A stretch of 64,000 nucleotides of DNA from Planctomycetota bacterium (GTDB taxonomy: Bacteria > Planctomycetota > Planctomycetia > Kolteriales > Kolteriaceae), in contig JAXMAQ010000017.1 in the NCBI GenBank assembly GCA_046350335.1, forward strand, positions 57,165 to 121,164, given 5' to 3'. The first letter of the stretch is position 1; every line of letters starts with the position of its first letter. The notes below the pieces were generated by a model. It was not told the origin of the DNA, did no database searches, and saw only the letters and a list, made by a program, of their open reading frames with translations. The translations under genes and the position numbers were made by a program. Of this stretch, positions 47,533-57,031 are shown in pieces.

Positions 47533-49719
47533 ATGTTTTCAAGTATTGTTCTGTTGGCCCAAGGGCCGACTGCGGACTTCGTGCGCGCATGGCTGGATTG
47601 GCTTGCTAGTCTGGGGCTCATGGCTTCGGTCGCGATTACCAGCCCTATCCTTTACTGGCTCATGTTCCGGTACATACCAAACAACAAAGTGGGAGTGGTG
47701 GAGAAACTCTGGTCGTTCAATGGATCGCTTTGCGAAGGAAACATTGTTGCACTCGAAGGTGAAGCGGGCTTGCAGGCCGATCTGCTTCGAGGTGGACTCC
47801 ACTTCGGCTTTTGGCGTTGGCAGTACCGGGTGCATAAAGCGCCGCTGGTGACGATTCCTCAGGGAAAAATGGGCTACGTCTATTCGCGCGATGGCGATGC
47901 GCTGTCTCCCAACCAAACCTTGGCCCGCGTGGTGGATTGCGAAAACTTCCAGGATGCTCGCGCGTTTCTCACGACCCCCGAAGATGGCATTCGCGGGCAG
48001 AGGGGACGGCAGCGGGCCATACTGCGAGAAGGCGTGTACGCGATCAACCCCGCCATCTTCGTGGTCATTACGGATGACGCGGTGTTTTCGCTGGAGGCCA
48101 TTTCCGATTCCCAAGAACGCCAACTGCTATCCACTTGGCGAACACAGTTGCAGGAGGTTGAAGGCTTCCATCCGGTCGTCGTCGGCAAGCCCCTGGTTTT
48201 CTCCGATCCGCTGAATCCCGACCATTCCATGAATGTCGACGGCATTGGGCTGGTGACGGTCCATGACGGTATTTCTCTCAACCCGGGGGAAATCATCGCG
48301 CCAAGCGTCGGAATGGAACCCACGGAACCGAACTATCACAACAATTTCCAAGATCCTGAAGCATTTCTGCGAGCCGGGGGAAAGCGAGGCCGGCAATACG
48401 TCCCCTTGACCGACGGCACGTATTTCATCAATCGTTGGTTCGCCACCGTCGAGATGATTCCAAAGACGGTAGTCCCGATCGGCTATGTTGGCGTGGTGGT
48501 CAGCTACTACGGACAGGTCGGCCGCGATATTTCCGGAGATGCTTTTCGGCATGGCGAACGAGTTGCCGAAGGCCAACGTGGCGTGTGGCAAAAACCACTG
48601 GGACCGGGCAAATATGCGTTTAACACACTAGCGGGGAGCATCGTGCTCGTGCCGACGACCAACTTCGTCTTGCATTGGGTGACGGGAAAAAGCGAGTCGC
48701 ACCGTTACGATGAAAGCCTCCGTTCCATCGACTTGGTGACGAAAGATGCTTATGAGCCGCTGCTCCCCCTTTCCGTGGTCGTGCACATTGACTACCAGCG
48801 GGCGCCGAGCGTGATTCAGCGGTTTGGCGACGTCAAGAAGTTGATCACGCAGACGCTGGATCCCATGCTCAGCGCTTATTTTCGCGATATCGCCCATCGT
48901 AAGACGATGCTCGAATTACTGCACGAACGGGACTTGATCCAAAAAGAGGCTCGGGACGAACTGCGTCGCAAATTCGGCGAGTTCGACATCGAATGCGTGG
49001 ACGTACTGATCGGCAAACCGTCGCCGAATGAAGGAGATCACAAGATCGAGGATCTATTGGAACAGTTGCGACAGCGACAACTTTCCCACGAGCAGTTGGA
49101 AACGTACGCACGGCAGACGGCGGCCGCGGAAAAGCTTCGGATGTTGAACGAGGCGCAAGCCCACGCGACGATGCAAACACAGCTCACCAACAGTAGGGTG
49201 CAGGTGCAAATCGTCGAAAACCAAGGGGAAGCCGAGTTGGCACGCTCGCGGAAGCAGGCGGAACAAACCGTGGTTTTAGCCGAGGCGGAACTCGCCAGGT
49301 CGCGGCGTCAAGCAGAGCAAACGGTTCTTTTGGCGGAAGCCGATGGGCAAAAGCAAAAGATCTCTGGCCGCGGTGAAGGACAGCGCGTCATGCAGGTAGG
49401 CCTTTCCGAAGCCGCCGTTCTTCTCCGTAAAATCAGTTCGTTTGGCGATCCGAGACTTTTCACCCTGTCCATGGTTGCCGAACATCTGGCCCACAGCGAG
49501 CAACCGCTCGTACCGGAACGACTGTTCGTGGCTGGACAGAATGGTGACGCGCAATCCCAGCTGGGAAATGGAATGCTGGGCATGCTCCTCAGTTTGCTAG
49601 TGGCGGAGAAATCAGGATTCCAACCACCGGATGCCGCGGAGATTCACGGTTTGCAATCGCTCGCGGACCGATTTTCCGAGGATGCCCTTGCTTCCCTTAA
49701 GGAAACGCCGTGCCCTTGA
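47533..49719 (+). CDS. Flotillin-like SPFH/band-7 family protein
   Basis: N-terminal TM, an SPFH domain and a C-terminal flotillin repeat region (ELARSRKQAEQTVVLAEAELARSRRQAEQTVLLAEADGQKQ…); 728 aa. Confidence 0.85.
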   Translation: MFSSIVLLAQGPTADFVRAWLDWLASLGLMASVAITSPILYWLMFRYIPNNKVGVVEKLWSFNGSLCEGNIVALEGEAGLQADLLRGGLHFGFWRWQYRVHKAPLVTIPQGKMGYVYSRDGDALSPNQTLARVVDCENFQDARAFLTTPEDGIRGQRGRQRAILREGVYAINPAIFVVITDDAVFSLEAISDSQERQLLSTWRTQLQEVEGFHPVVVGKPLVFSDPLNPDHSMNVDGIGLVTVHDGISLNPGEIIAPSVGMEPTEPNYHNNFQDPEAFLRAGGKRGRQYVPLTDGTYFINRWFATVEMIPKTVVPIGYVGVVVSYYGQVGRDISGDAFRHGERVAEGQRGVWQKPLGPGKYAFNTLAGSIVLVPTTNFVLHWVTGKSESHRYDESLRSIDLVTKDAYEPLLPLSVVVHIDYQRAPSVIQRFGDVKKLITQTLDPMLSAYFRDIAHRKTMLELLHERDLIQKEARDELRRKFGEFDIECVDVLIGKPSPNEGDHKIEDLLEQLRQRQLSHEQLETYARQTAAAEKLRMLNEAQAHATMQTQLTNSRVQVQIVENQGEAELARSRKQAEQTVVLAEAELARSRRQAEQTVLLAEADGQKQKISGRGEGQRVMQVGLSEAAVLLRKISSFGDPRLFTLSMVAEHLAHSEQPLVPERLFVAGQNGDAQSQLGNGMLGMLLSLLVAEKSGFQPPDAAEIHGLQSLADRFSEDALASLKETPCP

Positions 49720-49996
49720 TCACAACTCATGGGCGTATCGGGGGTTAATTCAGGATCAGCCGCGCACCGACCGGGGATGCCCAGGCTCGCGGCTGGGTTC
49801 ACTTGGGAACGGGAAATCAAGGGACGTTGATCCCTAGAAAGACCTCCTTTTGCTTGTCGCAATGACGACCTCCACCAGGAGTCCGGGCTGGGTCCCTGCA
49901 AAAGAATCTGGAGCGGCATCGTCTTTGTAACTTCATTTGAATAAATGGTTTGTGATCGAAATCTGTTGGCGGATAGGATTTGTTGCGAATTACTGG

Positions 49997-50024
49997 TTTA
50001 CATATCGGAACATTCCGATATATT
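49997..50024 (+). promoter_or_regulatory. Sigma70-like promoter (TTTACA-N16-TATATT) with an embedded 9-bp inverted-repeat operator ATATCGGAA-ca-TTCCGATAT
   Basis: Read directly from sequence. The palindrome occupies the spacer, a classic repressor-occluded architecture. It sits 180 nt upstream of the rhodanese gene that begins the sulfur cluster. Confidence 0.4.
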
Positions 50025-50146
50025 GAATAGTAGAGGGCAAAAGGGTGTGGCGGCGAGCGGATGGCGCAGACGCCACGTTGTTTGGGTAAGGCGTTCCCTG
50101 GGCTCTCGAAGGGGATGCGCGGACTCAAAAAATTTTCCGACAAAAG

Positions 50147-50170
50147 ATAGAAAGGTTCCGATCTTTCTAT
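50147..50170 (+). promoter_or_regulatory. Inverted repeat ATAGAAAG-gttccgat-CTTTCTAT (candidate operator) 32 nt upstream of the rhodanese ATG
   Basis: Perfect 8-bp arms. The spacer contains the TTCCGAT half-site shared with the upstream operator. Confidence 0.35.
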
Positions 50171-50201
50171 TGTTTGCGTCGTGAGGAATCCGGAGGAAGT
50201 C

Positions 50202-50801
50202 ATGAACATCACCACCATCTCCCCGAAACAGTTGAACGATGCTGTCCAGGCGGATCCAGCGATCGAGTTGATCGATGTGCGGACCCCTGTGGAATTTCGC
50301 GAAATGCACGTCAGGTTCGCGCGTAACGTCCCACTGGATCGTCTCGCGAAGGACCCGTCCATCATGGATCGCAAGGGAACGTCCAATCCCCTCTACGTGA
50401 TCTGCCGCTCGGGAAGCCGGGGCAAGCAAGCGTGCGAAAAGCTGATCGCCGCTGGCGTCACGAACGTGGTCAATGTGGAGGGAGGCACGCAGGCGTGGGA
50501 CGAAGCGGGACTCCCGGTCGTGAAAGGTCAAAAGGCGGTTTCCCTCGAACGGCAGGTACGCATCGCAGCGGGTTCGTTGGTGCTTCTCGGCTCCGCCTTG
50601 GCGTTCTTCGTCAGCCCCTATTGGATCGGGCTGGCGGCCTTCGTGGGAGCCGGTCTGGTGTCTGCGGGCGTTACCGACACCTGTGGCATGGCGATGTTGC
50701 TGGCACGGCTGCCATGCAACCAAGTCCGTCACCGCGCTGGGGACAAGGCCAAGGAAACCATGTTTTGCAAGACAAGTTCGAAACCGAAATGTTGTGCCTG
50801 A
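50202..50801 (+). CDS. Rhodanese-domain / DUF2892 membrane protein (YgaP-like sulfurtransferase)
   Basis: A GGAGGA ribosome-binding site is present. The CRSGSRG active-site loop is followed by a two-TM DUF2892 region with C-terminal cysteines. Confidence 0.8.
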   Translation: MNITTISPKQLNDAVQADPAIELIDVRTPVEFREMHVRFARNVPLDRLAKDPSIMDRKGTSNPLYVICRSGSRGKQACEKLIAAGVTNVVNVEGGTQAWDEAGLPVVKGQKAVSLERQVRIAAGSLVLLGSALAFFVSPYWIGLAAFVGAGLVSAGVTDTCGMAMLLARLPCNQVRHRAGDKAKETMFCKTSSKPKCCA

Positions 50802-50858
50802 GCTCCTCGCGTGACGGCGCGTCCGGAGGGTCAAGCGGCTGCAAAGGGAGAAGTCACC

Positions 50859-51197
50859 ATGTCCTTGATTAACCGGAGTCTCGAAAAAAACATTTGCACG
50901 CTTGGTATTACTGATCGCCCATTCCCGTGCTGGTGGATTTTTATGCCAACTGGTGCGGACCTTGCTGCCGTTAGCGCCCCGTCGCTCGAACGATTAGCCA
51001 GCAGATTCACCGGTCGCGTGAAGATCGTCAAGGTCGACGTCGACGAGGAGCATGAACTGGCGAACGAGTTTCACGTGGCGTCGATTCCGACTTTGGCATT
51101 CTTCGCGGAAGGAAAATTCGTCGGCAAAACCGCAGATGCCTCGTGCCGGAAGGGGGCTGCGAAAAGTTTTGAATCGGCTTGCGGCGGAGAGGATTGA
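50859..51197 (+). pseudogene. trxA: Thioredoxin, disrupted by three (possibly four) single-base frameshifts
   Basis: Three pieces sit in three frames: MSLINRSLEK|TFARLVLL, then SPIPVLVDFYANWCGPC, then VSAPSLERLASRFTGRVKIVKVDVDEEHELANEFHVASIPTLAFFAEGKFVGK. Shifts fall at an A7 run (50884-50890), at CTGA (50911-50914) and at the WCGPC active site (about 50953-50960). ERIDK in an alternative 3' frame hints at a further shift. Confidence 0.6.
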
Positions 51198-51356
51198 CAA
51201 GCGCCACGTTGGCACGTCCTCCACGGGCACTAACGCCGCGACTACCTGGCGGAATGGATAAAAGGGATTCCGCCCGGCTGGAAGGGACTTTCACCAGCTC
51301 GGCGACGCAAAACTCTTGATGGTCGCTCGGCAAGATTTGATGACGGAGAACCAATC

Positions 51357-52775
51357 ATGATTCTGAAACAGTATTATCTCGGCTGCCTGTCTCATGCCTC
51401 CTACTTGGTCGCGGACGAGAAGACGAAAATCGCGGCGGTCGTCGATCCTCAGCGGGACGTCGAACAATACCTGCGTGACGCGGCGGAGGGTGGCTATTCC
51501 ATTCGCTACGTCTTTCTGACGCATTTCCACGCGGATTTTCTCGCCGGGCACATTGAATTGCACTAATCGAACGAATGCCGAGATCGTGATGGGAGCACGA
51601 GCACTGGCGGTTCGCCAAACTCCGCGGCGAACGATGGCGATTGCTTCAACTTGGGGGAGGTCCGAATCCAAATCTTGGAAACTTCGGGGCACACTCCCGA
51701 AGGGATCTCACTACTCGTATTCGATAAATCCCAAAACGAATCGTCGCCCCAAGCAGCCCGGTGTTGACGGGGGACACGCTTTTCATCGGCGACGTCAGTC
51801 GTCCCGACCTCTTGGCGTCCATCGGCGTGACGGCGGATGAATTGGCCGAAATGCTTTACCATTCGCTCAGCAAACTGCGCTGATTGCCGGACGACACGCT
51901 CGTTTATCCGCGCACGGCGCTGAGTCGATGTGTGGCAGAGTCTGAGCAAGGAAACGGTTTCGACGATCGGGGTGCAAAAGCGTTTCAGTGCGCGCTCCAA
52001 CCCATGAGTCTCGACGATTTCGAAGCGACTGGTGACGGCGGATCGGCCAGGCGGCGGACTATTTCGTGTATGACGCCATCAAGAATCGTCAGGAACGTCC
52101 CGATCTTGAAGCGACGCTTCGCTCTTCACTCAAGGCCTTGTCCGTCGACGACGCCCTTGGGTTGGCTCAGGGCGCGCGGTGGTGGACGTTCGAGAGGCCA
52201 TCGACTTCGAAGGAGCACATCTCGCGGGCGCGATCAATATCGGCCTAAAGGGAAAGTATGCGACCTGGTGTGGCTCGGTGCTCAGCCATGCTCATCCCAT
52301 CGTGGTCATTGCAGATCCAGGTAGCGAAGTGGAGGCCATCACGCGGCTCGGCCGCATTGGCTTTGACAATGTGGCTGGATTCCTCGGTGACGGCATGGCG
52401 GCCTTGGAAAACCGCCCGGAACTTCTGCGGCGCATACCTCGGATCACTGCCGCCACGCTCGCAGAACTGTTGGCCGAGCCGAATCCACCTTACGTCTTGG
52501 ACGTGCGCTCGGAGAAAGAATGGCAATCGGGCCACGTGGACGGCAGTCACAATATTCCGCTGAATCGTCTTCGCGAACGAATTTCGGAAGTGCCTGCGAA
52601 CCGTCCGGTGATCGTGCATTGCGAAGGGGGGTATCGTTCGGCGATCGGCGCCAGTCTCTTGGCGGAGGCGGGCCGAAGCAACGTGACTGACCTGGTGGGC
52701 GGGTACAAGGCCTGGCTCGCGTCGAAATTGCCGGTGCAATCGGAGACGGCCTGCTATTGCCGCTTGGAAAAGTAA
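51357..52775 (+). pseudogene. Persulfide dioxygenase (MBL-fold ETHE1-like) - rhodanese fusion gene, disrupted by about 6-7 frameshifts
   Basis: Colinear fragments across all three frames: THFHADFLAGHIEL; [12 protein letters not shown]; [18 protein letters not shown]; [20 protein letters not shown]; LPDDTLVYP; FQCALQPMSLDDFEA; DYFVYDAIKNRQERPDLE; then an intact rhodanese domain VVDVREAIDFEGAHLAGAIN…HCEGGYRSAIGASL (ORF 52179-52775). Confidence 0.7.
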
Positions 52776-53045
52776 GACGTTCATGGCTGCAATGAACTCC
52801 CTCTCTCGGCGGAGAGCCGCAATAAACTCGTTCTCCCGCCGGGAGAAGGGCGGGGTGATGGGCCTTTACACGACAAACCTGCGCGTATCCCACTCCCCAG
52901 CAACGTAGCGGCATTACTGTTCCGAAGCTCAATGGCACGCGTGAAAGCGTTCAGTCGGAATCGGCGGTTTTCCTGGGCTGGAACGTCATTGCGCATGGGT
53001 CGAATGGACTTTCGGCCGCGGCGTGGAAGAACGAGAACTCACGGG

Positions 53046-53880
53046 ATGGGGGAATTCGACGTGTCACCGCTTACCTTCTTCTTTGGCGCCTTGGTGGGTT
53101 TTTCCCTCGGGCTCACGGGGGGAGGAGGGGCGATCTTTGCCGTCCCGCTGCTCGTCTACGGCTTGGGAGTCCCCGCGCGTGAAGCGGTCGGTGTCTCCTT
53201 GTTGACAGTGGGAGCCACTTCGCTGGTCGGCTTCTTGCATCGCGCGAGACATCGCATGGTCGAGTTTCCGACTGGTTTGTTGTTCGCGGCGGCGGGCATG
53301 ATTAGTGCGCCCGTGGGCGCGCTGGCCGCCGATCGAATTCCGGAGCCCTTTCTGCTCACGTTGTTCGCCGGCCTCATGGTCGTGATCGCCGCACGGATGT
53401 GGAAGTCAGCCGCGGAGTCGACGTTTCGATTGCCCATCGTCACCGACGAAAACAAGGGGCCCACGTGCCGACGCGATCCGGAAGGAAAACTCCGCCTGAC
53501 GTCGCGATGTGCCATGCTGTTGTTGCTCATTGGCCTGGGAGCAGGCGTTCTGTCGGGTCTGTTCGGCGTCGGTGGCGGATTCATCATCGTGCCCGCCTTG
53601 GTCTTCTTTAGCAGCATGGGAATCCAGCGGGCCATCGGTACTTCGCTCTGGTCATCACTCTGATCGGCGCCCTCTGGAACGGCGAGTCATCTTCTGGCGG
53701 GCAAGGATCTTTCCATTGCGATCGCGGCGTTATTCACGGCTGGAAGCCTCGCCGGCGCCTCTATGTGGGAACTGGACTGGCACGGCGGCTCGCCGGCTTG
53801 TCCTGCAGAAGGTGTTCGCGATCGCGATTTTGCTCGTTTCCGCGTTCGTCTTGTTTCGCACGCTCGGCGGGGTTTGGTGA
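53046..53880 (+). pseudogene. TauE/SafE-family sulfite/anion exporter, C-terminal third disrupted by four or more frameshifts
   Basis: N-terminus is intact (GALVGFSLGLTGGGGAIFAVPLLVY…). Between 53648 and 53800 the sequence hops frames 0, 2, 0, 2, 1: AIGTSL / VITLIGAL / SGTASHLLAGKDLSIAIAALFTAGSLAGASMWEL / TGLARRLAG / RLVLQKVFAIAILLVSAFVLFRTLGGVW. Confidence 0.65.
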
Positions 53881-53920
53881 GGAGTTTCGCCGCATCCTGA
53901 AATATCGGGATTTTAATCCA

Positions 53921-54487
53921 ATGGCTTCGATTCGCGAGGGGAATATGCGTCTAACGTCAATGTTGATGGCGTGCCTGCTTGTGGGCGTAACGCTTGGGGC
54001 CGGGAAGGAAGGATCGGACCTTCGGTTTCCGCGAATCGCCGACTTTGGCGGCGTCGTTGACGTGCCTGGTGCCGTCGAGCCGCCTCGCCGGGGAACCAAA
54101 ATCGTCTTTGATGTCCTCGCGGAAGGGAAGCCGGCGGAACTGAATAAGGGACTCGAAAGCGTCGCGCGCTACCTGAATCTGAATGCAACTGCTGGTAACC
54201 CGCACACGGAGGTCACGCTCGCGGTCGTTTTGCATGGCGGAGCGACGCGAGTCGCGCTCGATGACCCGGCCTATGCACGAGTAACGGGAAATGCAAAGAA
54301 CCCCAACCTCCCCTTGATCCTGGCTTTGAAAAAGTCGGGGGTTGAAGTCCTGGTTTGTGGACAATCCCTCGCCCGGCATGATTTCTCGACATCGGAGGTG
54401 GCTGCGGGCATTGACGTCGCCGTCTCCGCAATGACCGTGAACGCAAACAAGCAACAAGACGGTTACTCCTACATCGTGATTCCTTAA
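53921..54487 (+). CDS. DsrE/DsrF-like family protein (secreted)
   Basis: Signal peptide, then …KIVFDVLAEGK…VVLHGGATRVALDD…LVCGQSLARH… fits the DsrE fold. Confidence 0.55.
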   Translation: MASIREGNMRLTSMLMACLLVGVTLGAGKEGSDLRFPRIADFGGVVDVPGAVEPPRRGTKIVFDVLAEGKPAELNKGLESVARYLNLNATAGNPHTEVTLAVVLHGGATRVALDDPAYARVTGNAKNPNLPLILALKKSGVEVLVCGQSLARHDFSTSEVAAGIDVAVSAMTVNANKQQDGYSYIVIP

Positions 54488-54501
54488 TCGGAGGGCTCGC
54501 C

Positions 54502-55056
54502 ATGAGAAAAACAACTGGCGTTCGCTTGGCGACGATCGGCTTGGGATGGATCCTGCTCACGTCCGTCATTCACGCCGAAGAAGGAGGGCAGGGACACCGG
54601 GGTCGCGGCTCGTCGGGACGTGGTCGGGGCGGCGATCCCGCGTTTGTCGAAGATCGGAAGATCTTTCATCAGCTGCTCCAGCATCGCGATTCCATCCGTC
54701 GGGAGGTCAAAAACACCGAGTATGGCGTCGAGACGATTACCGAGTCGGACGATCCGAAGGTAGCCTCGCTCATTCAGCTGCACGTCGCTTCGATGAAAAG
54801 ACGGGTCGAGGAACGGCGCCCGATCCATCAGCGAGATCCCCTCTTCGCGGCCCTATTTCAACACGCGGACGAGATTCAGTTCACCTTCGAAAGGACCGCG
54901 AAAGGGGTTCGCGTGAAGGAAACCTCGGAGGATCCATACGTCGCAACGCTCATTCAAGGGCACGCTCGGGTCGTCTCTTGGTTTATCGAGCGTGGACCCG
55001 ATGAAGTACATCGCAACCATGAAGCACCCGCGAAAAAGAAAGAGGCGAATCCATGA
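54502..55056 (+). CDS. Hypothetical secreted protein with internal duplication (DPxVAxLIQxH repeats)
   Basis: Signal peptide, a Gly/Arg-rich linker and two about 60-aa repeats (…ESDDPKVASLIQLHVASMKRRVEE… / …TSEDPYVATLIQGHARVVSWFIER…). Confidence 0.5.
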   Translation: MRKTTGVRLATIGLGWILLTSVIHAEEGGQGHRGRGSSGRGRGGDPAFVEDRKIFHQLLQHRDSIRREVKNTEYGVETITESDDPKVASLIQLHVASMKRRVEERRPIHQRDPLFAALFQHADEIQFTFERTAKGVRVKETSEDPYVATLIQGHARVVSWFIERGPDEVHRNHEAPAKKKEANP

Positions 55057-56255
55057 CAAACTCTTCCATCAAAAATCATTATCAGGTGTTGATTCTCGGC
55101 GGTGGCTCGGCGGGCATCACGGTGGCGGCCCGTTTTCTTAAAAAGCTCAAAGGGGGCGATGTCGGCATCGTCGAGCCTTCCACCAAGCACTATTACCAGC
55201 CGCTCTGGACGCTCGTCGGCGCCGGTGTCTTTCCCAAAGAGATTACGCAGCGGGACGAGGCCTCGTTCATTCCGCGAAGGGCCGACTGGATTCGGGAGGC
55301 GGTTCATGACATCCATCCCGACGACAACTGCGTCACCACGTCGAGCGGACGCCGGATAAGTTATGACTTCCTCGTCGTCGCGTTGGGGATCCAGATCGAT
55401 TGGGGGAAGATTCCCGGTCTCAAGGAAGGGCTTGGCAGCCACGAAATCTGCAGCAATTATTCCTACCAGCACGTCGACTATACCTGGAAATGCGTGAGCG
55501 GTTTCAGAGGGGGGACCGCGCTTTTCACGATGCCCAGCACGGCGGTCAAGTGTGGCGGGGCGCCTCAAAAGATCATGTATCTTGCCGATGATTCCTTTCG
55601 CCGATCGGGCGTGCGGGACAAGTCTCGCGTTCTCTTCGCCTCCGCTCAAGGATCCCTTTTCGCCGTCGAACGGTACCGGCGGACTTTGGAAAAGGTCGCG
55701 TCGCGCAAGGGAATCGATGTTCGCCTCAAGCACAACCTCGTCGAACTGAAGCCCGAGCGGAAGGAAGCGGTTTTCGAGCATTTGGAAACGAAGGAACGGA
55801 TAACGATTCCCTTCGACATGATCCACGTCACTCCTCCGATGAGCGCTCCCGACGTCATCAAGAGAAGTCCGTTGGCGAACGAGGCGGGCTGGGTTGATGC
55901 GGACAAATACACGCTGCGGCATCCCACCTATGCGAACGTCTTTTCGATCGGGGATTGCAGTGGTTTGCCGACGTCTAAAACGGCGGCGGCGATTCGCAAA
56001 CAAGCGCCGGTGGTCGTGGAGAATCTCGTTGCCGCGATCCACGGTCGGCCGATCGAGGCTCGGTATGACGGCTATACCTCTTGTCCGCTTGTCACGGGAT
56101 ATGGCAAGCTGGTGCTCGCGGAGTTCGATTACGAAGGCCAGCCGACGGAGACCTTCCCTTTCGACCAGTCCAAGGAACGCCTTTCGATGTATCTGCTCAA
56201 GGCCCATGCCCTACCGAGGCTCTATTGGCATGGCATGCTCCGCGGCCGCGCCTGA
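55053..56255 (+). CDS. sqr: Sulfide:quinone oxidoreductase, type II (SQRDL-like)
   Basis: VLILGGGSAG FAD motif, HYYQPLWTLVGAG, and the redox Cys residues in KCGGAPQK and GDCSGLPTSKT. Its ATG overlaps the upstream stop (ATGA). Confidence 0.85.
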   Translation: MTNSSIKNHYQVLILGGGSAGITVAARFLKKLKGGDVGIVEPSTKHYYQPLWTLVGAGVFPKEITQRDEASFIPRRADWIREAVHDIHPDDNCVTTSSGRRISYDFLVVALGIQIDWGKIPGLKEGLGSHEICSNYSYQHVDYTWKCVSGFRGGTALFTMPSTAVKCGGAPQKIMYLADDSFRRSGVRDKSRVLFASAQGSLFAVERYRRTLEKVASRKGIDVRLKHNLVELKPERKEAVFEHLETKERITIPFDMIHVTPPMSAPDVIKRSPLANEAGWVDADKYTLRHPTYANVFSIGDCSGLPTSKTAAAIRKQAPVVVENLVAAIHGRPIEARYDGYTSCPLVTGYGKLVLAEFDYEGQPTETFPFDQSKERLSMYLLKAHALPRLYWHGMLRGRA

Positions 56256-56405
56256 ACCCGGTACCGTTGGGGATTCGCCAAAAGGAGAAGAGGCTCATGG
56301 CGTAACGGATACTTTTTTGCCACTCAGAAAAACTATTACAGGACCCGGTGCGCTAAGGCTCGTCATGCAACCAAGTCGGGCATCATGACATGGCCATTCC
56401 GATGT

Positions 56406-56936
56406 TCAGTCGACGACCGCTTCGGGGTGGGCTTCGCGGAAGCGTCGGACGGAGGAGTCGACTTCCAGGAGTGCCTCTTTGGCGCAGACCCAGCCGCCGG
56501 GTTCGACGGTGACCCCTTCAAGCTGCTTGTAGGTCGCGAAGAAGTGGGCCACTTCCTTCAAAAAGTGAGGCGGAACGTCTTCAAGCTTGTTGAAGCTCGC
56601 GAACAGCGGGTCGGAGTTCGGAACGCCGAGCACCTTGACGTCGTTAACGCCACGATCCTTCATGCGGAACAGGCCGACAACGCGCGTTTCGATCAGGCAG
56701 CCGGTAAACGTCGGCTCGTTGACCATGACGAGAATGTCGAGCGGGTCGCCATCTTCCGCGAGGGTCTGCGGGATGAAGCCGTAGTCGCTGGGATAGTGGC
56801 TCGAGGCGTAAAGATAACGGTCGAGTCGAAAGAGGCCGGAGTTCTTGTCCAATTCGAACTTGTTGCGATGGCCGCGCGGGATCTCGATGATTGCGTTGAC
56901 CACGGACGGGATATTCGTGCCGGGGGTAATGCTCAT
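56406..56936 (-). CDS. ppa: Inorganic pyrophosphatase
   Basis: …IEIPRGHRNKFELD…DGDPLDILV…GVNDVKVLGVP…. Confidence 0.85.
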   Translation of the reverse strand: MSITPGTNIPSVVNAIIEIPRGHRNKFELDKNSGLFRLDRYLYASSHYPSDYGFIPQTLAEDGDPLDILVMVNEPTFTGCLIETRVVGLFRMKDRGVNDVKVLGVPNSDPLFASFNKLEDVPPHFLKEVAHFFATYKQLEGVTVEPGGWVCAKEALLEVDSSVRRFREAHPEAVVD

Positions 56937-57031
56937 GTACGGGTTATGACTGAACATGGTCCTCATTCCAAGCAAAAGAAATACGGTGGAACGTCAGGTA
57001 TTCAAAGCCGGGGCGCAATATGCCCGCCGAC

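Noticed and set aside
49862-49885. GAGTCCGGGCTGGG, reminiscent of the RNase P RNA P4 strand (GGAAAGUCCGGGCUCC)
   Set aside because: No partner P4 strand (ACAGAAcCCGGCUUA-like) or other RNase P helices were found nearby. It is judged coincidental.
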